Source: Chara braunii (Eukaryota; Plantae; Charophyceae). Taken from it: a DNA stretch of 64,000 bases. The notes below the pieces were generated by a model. It was given only the letters and a program-made list of their open reading frames with translations, was not told the DNA's origin and searched no databases. A program made the translations under genes and the position numbers. Below are positions 49,148 through 61,900 of the stretch, piece after piece; positions within the stretch are counted from its first letter, which is position 1, and each line of letters begins with the position of its first letter. The stretch lies in assembly GCA_003427395.1 (NCBI GenBank), contig BFEA01000033.1, positions 3,115,913-3,179,912 on the forward strand. Direction: 5' to 3'.

Positions 49148-49750
49148 TCACGTTCCTTTTTTTTTCTGTGTGTTGCCTTTGCGTGACACTCCTTTCCTCT
49201 TCGTTGCCCCTGCTTTGCTGCCATGTCTATCCGCCTGTCTGGCCTCCATCCGTTGCTGTCTCTCCTCATTTCTCGCCTTCTCGTCCAACATACCTTGATA
49301 TTTCTCACCCCAATAAGGCTTCGACAACCTATCAACCAGTCTCATGTCCCTGAGCTGGATCGTCACCCTCTTCGAATGGATGGCCACCTCGTTTGTGTTC
49401 TCGAAATTGGCGACCAGATAAGCTTCGGCAGCCTCCATCAACGCATGAACAACAGTCATATGAAACCTGACACCCATATCCGGAGCGATGTCATTCTCCA
49501 CAACCTTGCGTACGAGCTGCATGAATGGCCTGAAAGCCCAGCAAAGGTTAGTTGATCGTTGCAACTTTCTGATTTCTGTCAAAGTTGTCATCCCTGGTCG
49601 TCGGCGGCGTTTGGGAGCCCGAGTTGCTGCACCTCTTGTCTCACCAGTCGTTGGTCCCGCTTTCTTACTTACTTTGTTTTTGGCGGAGACCGTCTGTGCA
49701 TGTGGCGGTCCGGATGTGCACTTCTTCATCTTCCTCGGGCTCTGCGACAT
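49148..49750 (-). CDS. Divergent histone H3-like protein (200 aa, intronless), probably transposon-associated
   Basis: Clear H3 fold: RPG..L.EIR..Q.ST.L....PF..LVR ... RF....V.AL.EAAEAYLV..FE.TN..AIH.KRVTI...D..L. Non-canonical N-tail, loop 1 three residues longer, ~53-aa C-terminal extension. ORF is open but functionality is unknown. Confidence 0.85.
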   Translation of the reverse strand: MSQSPRKMKKCTSGPPHAQTVSAKNKVSKKAGPTTGETRGAATRAPKRRRRPGMTTLTEIRKLQRSTNLCWAFRPFMQLVRKVVENDIAPDMGVRFHMTVVHALMEAAEAYLVANFENTNEVAIHSKRVTIQLRDMRLVDRLSKPYWGEKYQGMLDEKARNEERQQRMEARQADRHGSKAGATKRKGVSRKGNTQKKKGT

Positions 49751-49828
49751 CCCCGTATCGCTCGGGCCGCCATGTCAGGTTGTGCTGCAGACTCTTCCCT
49801 GTTGTGATGAGGCTCAGGACTTTCAACC

Positions 49829-50489
49829 TCAGAAGACAAATGAGAGATGTCTTGTTGCTGCTCTGTCCTCTTTCATGTCTGCCACATACTCAATGTCTCT
49901 CAGCAGTCCATCTGAGTAGGTCAGATAGAAAAGCACACCAAGCGGGTCTCTGAATCTCATGTGGACATGTTCACCATGCTCAAATGTCATGGGACAAACG
50001 ATGGGACCCAACCAAGAACTGCCGTGTACCCGTGCTTGCGGCGAATGTCAACCATGTATCTGTTTTGCATGTCGCCCTTATCTTGGTCTGCACGAGTCTC
50101 CTCAACCACAGACCACATCGCCTGGTCAGCCATGGAGTCATATCCCATATACACCATTTGTCGGTCCTCCTCCCTGATCTTCTCCCAGCAACGCTTTGCG
50201 TGTTCAACGACCAACATGTGGTCCTTCACATGTGCATTAAGTATGGAGACACGTGCCACAACCACAAGGAACTGTCAGTGCTCCACAACGCCTGCGTGCA
50301 TCCAACCCAATGGGAATCAGTGCCCTGATTGCAGTCGTGCTGCCAGCGTGACTTTGCCATCGACAATTGCAGGAAACAAACATCCAGGGACCAAAATGAG
50401 ACGATAGTCATACTTTTCAAGGGCCATATGCTGCTGCAGCCATCCTTCCGGCATCACATGGGCCCTAATGTCCGTTGCAGACAGAACAA
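49829..50489 (-). pseudogene. Decayed ORF of unknown function, 5'-truncated by LTR C insertion
   Basis: ORF pieces 50317-50489 and 49987-50265 share a frame with two in-frame stops, then continue by frameshift into 49829-50011. Coding-like sequence stops abruptly at the TGTCGG LTR start (50490). Confidence 0.5.
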
Positions 50490-51180
50490 TGTCGGGCCAA
50501 ATACCCTTGACCAAATACAAGGGTATTTGGCCATGCTTTTGCATTTGAGACAATGACGGCGTCGACTACCATGACGGGGCCGGTCTAGAATGGAAAGGGT
50601 GTGCACACTTTGGCGTGACACTTGAAACGATTTCCTCGGCCATTGAGGGCGGAGCGAATCGGTTAGAAAATCTTAAGCATATGCACGCACATTGTTATGA
50701 CGCGCGTTGTGACGGCTATGACCAGTAGTAATACCCTCCGACCGAAAAGGTCGAAGGGTTGATTAGATTAGTGTTGTGTCGGGTACAGCTACGACACGCA
50801 CAGAGATTTGAGCTGGTACCTGTCGACCTACCGGTACTGGGCCTCTAAAAATGCTAATTTTTGTTTTTTTCTGCTCGGCCTCGAGTACCCGGCACATCTA
50901 TCTCTGCTTGGTGTGGTACCGACCTACCAGCCACTTGAGTGTTTTCCCCGGCACGACCCTCAATGTCGTGGTCACAACTAAGTACCGGCCCTTCAGGCCG
51001 CTTGATCAACTAAGTACTCTTGCGGGTCACACACACACACTCAAGCCGATGAGCACTCAGGCAGACATGCAGAGAAGCAAGCGTACACATACACAGACTC
51101 AAAAACAGGTTCGGTCCACTAGGCGGATTGAGCCCCACTCCTATACATATACAAGAGTTGTTCCTCTTCTACTTGAAGTA

Positions 51181-51267
51181 GGAGCTAGCTCAGTAGGTTT
51201 AGGGGTAAATTGTCAAGCTGGAGACGCAGGGATCGAATCTGCCTCGACCTCGAGTAAGCTCCTTTTT
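51181..51267 (+). ncRNA. Copy of the putative Pol III small RNA (LTR C)
   Basis: GGAGCTAGCTCAGTAGG ... GGATCGAATCT ... GAGTAAGCTCC TTTTT; terminal stem pairs 10/11. Confidence 0.5.
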
Positions 51268-52967
51268 ACAAGGAGCTTTACTTCCGTTTTCACCCAGTCA
51301 CCCGTGACCTCAAGATCATAGGTTAGTTAGAGTTAGTTGTTGCAGTTAGACTCGTTTGAAAACGAGGGCACAACAGGTGGCACGAGAGGGTAGTTAGAGA
51401 ATTAGATTTTTGTTTTGTCATATTTAAAAAAAAATCTTATTTATTTTCTTTTCTTTACGATTTTTTAGTTTTCTTTTATTGTTTGTTTGGGTTTTTCCTT
51501 TTCCGTCATTTCTCGTATGAAAACTAATTGTATTTTTCACTATAACCAGGATAGATTCATTCCCCGGGACTGCTCGACATTCGATCTCCGACACTATACC
51601 GAGAAGAGGGACGAGGGGCTCGTCTTGAGGGCAAATCACTATGAGGGAAGTTCGCACGGTACATGGGAGGAAAACTCCGTCGGGAAGAAGAGGAGACACC
51701 GTGGGTGGAAGGGCGAGGAGCACGGCAGCGTGATGAAAACGAGCGCTTGGGGAGAAGAAGTAGTTGGAGAAGAAGAAGAAGAAGAAGAAGAAGAAGAAGG
51801 AGAAGAAGGAGGAGAGAAGCGGAGAGCGCAGGAGGAGGTGCACAGAGAGAAGGAAGGTGGCCGCGTGGAAGAGAGCAAGAAGAAGAAGAAGAAGGAGAAG
51901 AAGAAGAAGAAGAGGGCGAAGGAGAGAGAAGAAGGAGAAGAAGAGAAGAAGAAGAAGATAGGGAAGGGGGGAGGATACTACCACGCAGGAAAGAGTGAAG
52001 AGTGTGACTGGTCACAACGGGTGCGAGTTGATCAAAAGAGATCGACGCAGGGCTCATTGGGGATGAGGGAGGAAATCGAGGAGGAAGTACGCATGAGAAA
52101 GGACAAGCGCGAGGGGAAGGAGGAGGAGAGAAGAAAGAATAAGTAGAAGGAAGGAGAAGGAAAGGGGGAAAAGAAGAAGAAGAGGAAGATGAGGAAGAAG
52201 AGAGGAGGGGAGAAGGATACGTACCTGGCCTACATCGGTTGTTGACCATATGTGACGTTGGAGACTTGCGGGATGTGACTAGCATTCGCTCCGCATCAGG
52301 AGGATGGGCCGATATCGCCAACTTGTTGAGCTGTGCGCTTGTGTCCTCCGTGTCGTGGTCTTGGCATGCTACACAACGTGACGAATCGAGTTACGGGGAG
52401 AGGGTGCATCGAGCTAGTATGTCGGACATCTACAACGACGACGTGAGAGAGAGCGAAGGTACGTCTACAAACGTACAAATGAACCTCAGGCTACTCATCG
52501 ATAAGATGAGCAAAATCGAGTAGAACTGCTACTATTACCTCGTGTATGTATGAAAGTGTGTGTGTATACGTTTGTATGTGTGTGAGAGTGTTTGGGTGTG
52601 TAAGTGTGTGTATAGCCAATGCGCGGCAACCTTGCTCTACCTTTCGTCAATAAGATGAACAAAACTAAATGAATCTACCACTAGAATATGGAAAGATGCA
52701 CTACTATACTCGTATCAACAGGATGAACAAAATAAAATGAATCTCGCACTAAAACGAGGAGATATGCATTACTACGAATAAATATGTGTGTATATGATCG
52801 TGAGTGTGTGTATGAACCCCGCAAGTGACCACACGATACTTCCACCGATAGGGTGAGCGAAATCATATCAATCTACTGCTAGGATATGGAAACATACATT
52901 TCCACACTCGTTTGAATGTGTGTGTGTGTGTGTGTGTGCGAGTGTGAAAATATAGGTGTGTGTGTAT

Positions 52968-53010
<43 letters not shown>

Positions 53011-53216
53011 TGTGTGAGAGAGAGAGAGAGACAAGCATGTCACATCGCCAACAGAGAAATCATTCCCCTTTCGCTTGGAACGCACAATCATCCCCCCCTT
53101 AATGGCGATGGTTGGCATCGGTGACTCTTCGACTTCCACCCTCCCATTCCCCCCTGATGGCAACGACAACCGTCGCTGGCTCTTCGACCTTGCTCACACA
53201 TGCAAACACATGCAGC

Positions 53217-53285
<69 letters not shown>

Positions 53286-53833
53286 CTTCGGGACTTGATG
53301 GCATTTGGATTTAGACTCGACCTTGGGCTGAGACATTCGACGGGGGATTATTTGAGACCATACATAAGACTTGGTGTTGACGACCCTTCCATCTTCCCTC
53401 TCTTCTTCCTCTGATCCCCTCCTCTTCGACTGTGTATGCATGGGGACTGGCGCATTCTTCCTGTATGGGCGCCAGGCCCCTTCACACCGTGTGATGATGA
53501 TGATGTATGTTTGGTTTGCATTGCGACATTGATCGAGTTGATCATTGGTATATTGGCATTCAGCTGCGCTATCCTGTACTATGTGAGAGAGGTCGGACAT
53601 TGTTCTAGTCTGTACCATTACGGTATGCGAGAAGTGGAGGTGCGCAGAGGGTGTAAGGCAATCGTGTGGAAAGGGGGTGCCTAAGAAGAAGAGGAAGAAG
53701 GAGAAGGAGAAGGAGAAAAAGAGGAAGAAGAGGAAGAAGAAGATAGTACCCGGATACTCGGAATTGTGCTTCGCGCCTTTGGTAACTAGTCTGATTAGAT
53801 CGACATTAAATCAAATCTGGGTATGTATATTGG

Positions 53834-53843
53834 AAAGGAGTCA

Positions 53844-53884
<41 letters not shown>
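53834..53884 (-). pseudogene. Fragment of SSU rRNA 3' end (probably organellar insertion, NUMT-like)
   Basis: Minus strand reads AAGTCGTAACAAGGTAGCCGTAGGGGAACCTGCGGCTGGATTGACTCCTTT: universal helix 44/45 sequence with an altered anti-SD (GGATTG...), as in plant mitochondrial SSU rRNA. Confidence 0.85.
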
Positions 53885-53886
<2 letters not shown>

Positions 53887-54417
53887 AAGAAGGAGAGGAT
53901 GAAGGAAAACGATAGGAGAGAGAGGGAGAGGATACTTACCTTCTTCTTGCAGTCGATGATGGTGACGTTCCGGGCGTGGGTTTTGGGACCTTGTATCCGA
54001 GTTATGAAAGACTCCCTGCACGTGTTTTGGGAGGTTCCTAGGAGTGTTGACGACGCTAACGACAACAACACCGATGACAACGACGGCGGAGCGAAGGAGT
54101 GAGAACAGGCAGACCTACGATCGCGCGGCCCATTCCCCGATACTCCTATTGGTAGGATCATCGAAATCGAATGAATCTCTCACTAGAACATGGAAGTATA
54201 CACTGGCACACTTGTTTGCTTGGCTATGTGCACATGTCTGTGCGTGCATGTTGGTGTGAGTGAGTGTGTGAGTGTGTATCGAACGGCCTATATCACGCCA
54301 CTTTTATCGATAAGTAATAAGCAAAATGGGATGAATCTTCGTGGGTGAATAAAATCGAATGAATCTACCACTAATACGTGGAAACATACATTACTACGTT
54401 TGTGTGCGTGTGTGTGT

Positions 54418-54524
<107 letters not shown>

Positions 54525-55397
54525 GGCTTTACCTGGGCTGCATGCATGCTACACCGACGAATCCAGCGGTTGCTTGCCTGGATTGGAAGGTCTGGGTAAC
54601 CTTCTTAAGGTTCATCGCGACGGGGGTATAGTGTTGTAACTATCGATCTTGAAACGGGAATGCCAGAAAGCGCAAGTCATCGGCTCGTGCTGATTACTAC
54701 CCTGCCCTTTGTACTCACCATCCGTCGCTCCTATCGATTGATTGGCCTGGTGAAAAGTCGGGGTCGTGATGATCGTGGCGGTAACCACTGAGGGTGTTGT
54801 GAGAAGTTTGTCGAAATTCGCCATTTAGAGGGAAGAGAAGTGAACTGCGTGGTAGGAAGGAGAAGATAGCGCAAGAAAGAGGTGGAAGAAGAAAAAAGAA
54901 GAAGACGGAGAGGAAAGAAGGCGGAAGAAGAAGAAGAAGAAGAAGAAGAAGAAGAAGAAGAAGAAGGGGAAGAAGAAGAAGGAAGGAACAAGAGAAAGAA
55001 TGAGGAGGAGGTACGCTACTGTGTGTGGGGCGGGGATCGAGGTCGCGAGTGATACGAGAAACATACTCGGTGCTTGAGGTGAACGGCATTGGCCGAGATC
55101 TGTTCGTACTTCGGGAAGTTGTTGACGTCATCAGCAGTATTGTAGATAGGCCAGATAGGATCTGCCATTTGTAGTCTGGGCATTGAGTGCCAGATTGGCA
55201 GATAGGATATCAAACATTAGTTCTTCGTTGATGATGATGAGAAGACTATTCCAGCGTTGTCGATTATGAGCTTTTGGTATGCTTTTATTCGGTGAAACTA
55301 TGATGTGATTCTGCTTTTGGTTCGAGGTCACGATTATCTTGTCTCATGTGTATAAAGTTGCTTGGTTTATGAAGTTCGCTACCGCTCATTTTCTTGC

Positions 55398-55461
<64 letters not shown>

Positions 55462-55989
55462 CTACTATTATTTTTGTGTTTCAATCCTAGCTATAAAAGT
55501 GTAGGGGTTAAAGCGATAGGGGGTGATGCGGGTGATCTGGTGGTCTTCAGGGAAGGAGGCGAGAGTGGGATTATCAAGGTCTGATTGAGGGTGGCGAGAT
55601 ACGTACCTGGTACGTGAAGGGAAATCAGCACCCCGATGTTCGACACGTAAACGAGTCAGTCTTAGGCGTTCAACTGCGCGTATACCTGTGCTACGGCGAT
55701 CGAGAAAACGCCCTCGGCCGACCTACCTCTACAAAGGCATGTAAAAGCCTTCGCATGTGGGCCGGTAGCTCAGCACGGATACGCCTACCAGAGGGTGGTG
55801 ACAACCCCTCGGGTAGAAGTGAGTTGTACCTCGCGACGTCCTGACCTCTCGCAGGGCCTCGTGAGAGGTATAGCACGCGCGCACGGTCGGAGTGGTGACT
55901 TACTATTCTTTCAAGGAATAAATCCTGCGTGACACGACCGTGAGGTTCAGCGCTCCCCATCAGGGCGTGGGACCGCAGCGCGCGACAGG

Positions 55990-56007
55990 TGGCGCCGTTG
56001 CGGGGGA
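55990..56007 (+). promoter_or_regulatory. Primer-binding site, tRNA-Asp type (element C)
   Basis: TGGCGCCGTTGCGGGGGA matches 17/18 to the complement of the plant tRNA-Asp 3' end; 2 nt after GCGACA. Confidence 0.9.
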
Positions 56008-58127
56008 CCTTCAGTTGCCTGTCGGGGTTCTATGCGAACGGACCTGGGTTTGGTAAAGTGAAGTCCTCGCAAAACAACAACCTTTAAATAAGCTTATATA
56101 GCTTATGATATGTGAATTGAAGCTACCATTTCGTTAGATATTAAAAAGTTATAGTTGGAGTCGTTCTAACAGTATTGGTAGAAATCGCATTGTCTAGGAC
56201 TTCAACTGCCTACGAACTTCCTTAAAGAACGGACTAGGATATAGGATAGTTAGGAGTCTATGTCAAAGATACAACTATTGAAAATAATACTTTTACATAG
56301 TAGGTAGAAGTTAGGTTAACGATTTGAGGGAGGTGTCTGCGTATGTTGGATCCTTCCTTTTAATTGCATACTCGGGTCATTTGTCTGTGTAGGGGCGTCT
56401 GACAACTTAAGTTGTTAAGAGGTTAATGACTCTAATTGACTTTCATAAATTCTCAAAGAGTCAAGGAGGGATAGACGCTGACTATTCCGTTTATTTTTAG
56501 CTAATGTACACTTACTTAAGTGAACCTTGCTTCGTACTACTTTTCTTGTCTGTATCTCCTTAGCCATGTATAGGATATAAATTTATGACAGACTTTTGTT
56601 CCTTGTGTGATGAAGGCTCCCGTGGAGTCGTCATGTTGCTTGCCTAAAATGATTGAGGTAAATGATGGGATACTCTCGTAAGAGTTACCCTGCCATTCAC
56701 TCGACTAAGTAATGATCTGGTGAAGTATGTGTCTGACTTCGATGTTGGTAACGGGAAGATGCCGTGTGTCTTCTCTGTTACTTTACAAAACTAGATCTAA
56801 AAGGTAATCCGGTACTCCCGTGGGGTACAAGGCTTCTTGGCTAGGACGACTAGCATAAGCAAAGGTCATAGGAGGCTCCCGTGGGGCTCTCCTGGTCACC
56901 TATCGGACTAGACTAGGAAGGGAATTAAGTACCCACCGCGTGAGTACAAGAACTCCTAAGTCTAGGACGATCCGTCTGATTGAAAGATGGGAAAAGGGGG
57001 GGGTTCCGTGAGAATACCTTATCTCCGACTGAATGGTGTACTTAGTATTACAGAAAGGGGTGAGGAAGGGAATTAAGTACCCACCGCGTGAGTACTAACT
57101 AGAATATACATAGCAAAAACCTCTTGCTTATACACGATGCATAGCCAAGGTAGGTGAAAGGTTAAAACAACTTAACTAAGAGTTGTTTTGACTGATCTCC
57201 TACGCATCAAACTGGTAGTAGGAAAACTCATGTGGGGTCATCCTAATACTTGTTTGATTTGGAGGTTAACTAACGAGGGAAGGAATGAGGAGATTGTGTT
57301 TTGACAGTTGAGGGATACTCTCATGTGAGTAACCCTACTACGTGTTTTGGGTATGACTGATGGATGACATAAGTAATTACTAACGATCTATTTGTTTAAC
57401 ATTGAATCAAGTTATGGGAGACTCCCGTGGGGTCGTCCTATCGCTTGATTAGAGGAGTGGTATTCACAGTCATTCGGGTAGTAGTATGATAACTCTCGTG
57501 GGGTCATCTGATTACAAGCTCGGACCCGAGCTAGGATAGTTAACTGAATTTAACTCTATTTATGCTCATGCTCAATCGATGAACATACTCGATAGCCCGG
57601 TCATTTTCGTACTATCTCACCCCTATATAGTTCCCGCCTAGCAGTGTGCACATCATCATATCCTTAAATCACATAGGCGTGCTGTGTTAACTTATGTATC
57701 GCGCCATTACGACCCTTACTTATTAAGTCTCTATTAACCGTAAGCTTACAAGTGTTGTTTTACATGAGCTGTCATGCATAAACATTCGTGTGTTGTACTG
57801 CTAAGACGCGAAAAATTAGAAATAAAAAAAAATAAGAGAAAGACGACGAAAGAAATTCTCTAAATAGGCTTATTGACTTCATAGAGGAGGAGAAAGATTG
57901 AAGGAGGAAGAAAAGAAAGAGAATAGAAAGGAGAATGGTATATGGTTGTACGTTATCAGGGTCACTAGCACAAACATACAATCTCCCCTGATAAAATGAC
58001 TTAGTACCTTTTTATAGGGAATACTATACCGCTCATTATCTTGCTTGAGTCACTGTCCTATATCCATCCGATGATAAGATCATAGTCCTTCCATATTCAT
58101 CCTACCTCATTGCAAATACTTTGACCG

Positions 58128-58940
58128 TAACAATAACTTATGAACTAAAATAGGTACTCTCTACCGGATCGACTGTCGTCATGATGGGAAGAGCGTTTTT
58201 ACAATAACCTATGAACTAAAATTAGGTACTCTCTACCGTAATGACTGCCATCGTGACGGCAAGAGGTATCTAACAATAACTTATGAACAAAATTAGGTAC
58301 TCTCTACTGTAACGATTGTCGTCGTGACGGGAAGAGGTATCTAACAATAACTTATGAACTAAAATAGGTACTCTCTATCGGATCGACTGTCGTCGTGATG
58401 GGAAGAGGGTTCTAACAATAACCTGTGAACTAAAATTAGGTACTCTCTACCGTAACGACTGTCGTCGTGAGGGGAAGAGGTATCTAACAATAACTTACGA
58501 ACAAAATTAGGTGCTCTCTACCGTAACGACTGTCGTCGTGACGGGAAGAGGTATCTAACAATAACTTATGAACTAAAATAGGTACTCTCTACCGGATCAA
58601 CTGTCGTCGTGATGGGAAGAGGGTTCTAACAATAACCTATGAACAAAAATTAGGTACTCTCTATAGTGACGACTGTCGTCATGATGGAAAGAGGTATCTA
58701 ACAATAACTAATAAGCTAAATTAGGTGCTCTCTACCGGATCGACTGTCGTTGTGATGGGCAGAGGTGTCTGACACTAACCTATGAACTAATTCATGTGTG
58801 AGTTACCTTACCATCTGCCGGATCGATTGTCGTCGTGATGAGCAGAGGTGTCAGACACTAATTTATGAACTAAATAGGGTACTCATGTGTGAGTTACCAT
58901 TCTCTTTACCGGATCGACTGTCGTCGTGAAGGGAAGAAGA
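58128..58940 (+). repeat. Tandem array of ~71-72-bp units (~11 copies) in the interior of element C
   Basis: AACAATAACTTATGAACTAAAATAGGTACTCTCTACCG...GACTGTCGTCGTGA[CT]GGGAAGAGG repeated; degenerates toward the 3' end. Confidence 0.9.
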
Positions 58941-61900
58941 GTCTGCTTCTTCAATTATCCTACCTTGCGTTCCCACCACCATCGTGCGTACATGATCCAC
59001 CCTACGTTTTGTAAGTCGTACCAACGGATCATTACTTATGAATGGAGCTTACGTTCTTATTTTGCCGCAACAATCTATGAGGGGTTATCCCTTACCCGCC
59101 GTATAGGGGAAATGTCTGAAAGACAACTATAGTAGGTTCGGGTGTTGCTTGTCTTGGGCTAGCCTGACGGAAGCACTAGTTCTTATGAGGCTTGAATCTC
59201 AGATCTAGGTCAGTATCAGAAAATATAAGAAGGGTTGAATCTCCTCAATATCTCGTCATTAAAGTACCGCTTCTGAATAACGAGAAATGATGCTGCTAAG
59301 ATGAGGGAAAAGGAAGGTGAAGCATACTGATAATTCCCTCCAAGAGTTGGATAATGTTTGTGAGTGTCGAAAAGACCTCTTGAACCCTAGAAGTGCATAG
59401 TTGTTAGGCTAACGACTTAAAGACCATGTGCGTTCGCAAAGTCATGTGTTATACCTTCTTACCATAGGTTTGTAAATAAAACTAACCCTATTAATTATTG
59501 CTACAAAATCTAAATAGATTATCAAGTTCTTAAGAGTGATATGATATAGGTCTTAATGATAGACTAGGTCTCTCGATAATAGACTGACTTTGGGGGTTAT
59601 GTCGTGAGACGTATAAGTTTTGGACTATCTCCCTAAAATAATTACCCTTTCAAAAAACTTACTGAATATAGTGAGATATATATACTTTAGAGTTATCATG
59701 CTGCCAGCATTGTACTATAGCAAAGTCTTCTATTTGATAGGTACATTTATGTGGCAGTGAATTAACATATATCGGGTCTACTCTGGTACAAGGAGCCTCG
59801 ATCTTTGGTATAGATTGCCAAAAGGCAAGCTTGGGATGTGTTTGGTAAAGAGACTATAGAAAACCGATTATAAACATAGTGTGAGGTGATATGAGTAGGT
59901 AAATGAAATAAAAGAGGGCGATACTATATTTAGTTATCTCAGCAGTCAAAGACCAACTAGCTATAAACATTGAGACACTGTGATATTAGGTTTGATTGGT
60001 AGGATTGTTTAGTCATGAGATATAAATTAATTATTTCATTACCCACTTAGTGACTATCTGATCTTTAGGGACAAATAGTATAGCGAGCGTAATATTAGGT
60101 TATCCATTTGAAACATATGTATCCGTATGAGGTTATATATATATATAGTAAAGTATGTAAATAAATTAGGTTTATGAATCATTCCATAAAGAGTCAGGTT
60201 AAATTTATCGGATTCTTGAAAGAGATATGAATGGACTCGAACCTTATCAGTTCGTCAAACATTGAAAATTGTATAATGGGGCTATCTACTTAAGTAACTA
60301 TCTCCTTTGCTATACTCAATATGATCAGAGTATGAGAGTATCCACTTGAGGGATAACCAACTCCGTGAATTACAGTATTATATAAGGGGTGATAAAACTA
60401 CTTATTCCCACTATGAGAAATGTATATGATTGAGTATGAATGAATGCATGTGAAAATGAATAATATATGTTTCAAGTGATGTATCGTTGTATGTTTTGTT
60501 CTTTGTTAAGTGAAATTTGTAACTTGTTATGTACGCATATTTATCGATTGTTTGGTGATTGTTTGTACCTGACTGACTATGTTTACGAATTGTTTTCTTC
60601 AATAAGGGTAGAAAAACTGTATGAAATCCACGTTCAGCATGGAGCTGGGGGTGAATGGAGTGACCCACTTTTGAAGAGAATAAATTCTCTCAAGGGAGGT
60701 CAGCATGCAGAATCTGTCATTTGGAAGATTGCAACGTTGACTGATACTTTTCCAAACAGCTTAAAGAGAGTATAGTAAAGTCCCGTAGGTGGTAGTGAGA
60801 CTCACGTCGTAACAATGTTTCTGGTCTATAGTGAGGTGTTGTCGCCTTTTTCTGAAGAGGAGAAGTGACTACACTATCATCAAAGGGGAGGAAGATGTTT
60901 GAGGCCTTGTTAGGACGCTGTCTATAGGGAAGGCGACTGCTATTCGTCATGAGGTAGGGAGTGGTTGCCTAACCTTGTGTCGGGAAGGGCCACCTTGTCT
61001 TCATGGTTAAGGCCTAACCAACCATGAACATGTGAGATGAGGTCGTTCTACTTTGTTGACAGAAAACTGATAAGGTCTCGGCATTGGAATCGGAGGGAGA
61101 TGTGGTGAGGCTCAGTCTTAGAGCGGGGCTCAGGATCTGAGATGCTATCCCTTTGGTAGGATTACACCACCCCTCGACGCAATATACCTCTGTTAACCAA
61201 AAAGGAGCAAATAAATATTATGTCATTGTTATTTTGTATCTTCATTGTATTTGTTCTTGTGGTATTTCATTGTAACCATTGTTCTCATTGTTCGTAGAAG
61301 TTATTAGTTCATGTTTGTCTGCACTGATATAATTGCATGGTTTAGATTTTTCATGGGTTTCCCTTACAGTTCAAACACCTCTTTGTAATATTACTTATTA
61401 TTCACACTATATTATTTATTTATGGCAAGAGAATGTCGTTTACATTTGTATTGTAAAAGTTTCGTGAAAACAGGGGGAAAACCCTGCGTTCAGTAAAAGT
61501 CTTTTTTAAATTGTTTTTTCAATATTGGTTGTGATTTGATTGACATGATATGATATTTTGAGCTTTGAAGATCATCTCAAGAAAATTTAATCGTCCTTGA
61601 GTACGTTCTGAATAATACTCGGACACGAGTATTATAGAGGTATTCGTACGATACGTTATTATTTTTCTAACCCCAAAATGGAAGGTTGACGGCGACCTAA
61701 AAAATTGAGTCTTATTTTGAGTCATGAAAATTATTGGAGGGACACCAAAAGATGGGTCCTGCAATGAAAAGACACATGAGATGTGTCCTCTTTTGAGCGT
61801 CTTTTTGAAATATGTATATTTTGCAGAAGGCATCGCCCACCATTCCCATGGGGTTAGTCTGAAGTAAGATTAAAAGATCCTGAAATGAGATCGTTTGGAT

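Noticed and set aside
49987-50489. Second Ulp1-like protease (H...YDS pattern)
   Set aside because: No QxNxxDCG motif found; kept as an unknown pseudogene.
53834-53884. Functional rRNA gene
   Set aside because: Only ~51 bp of the 3' end is present, embedded in an LTR.
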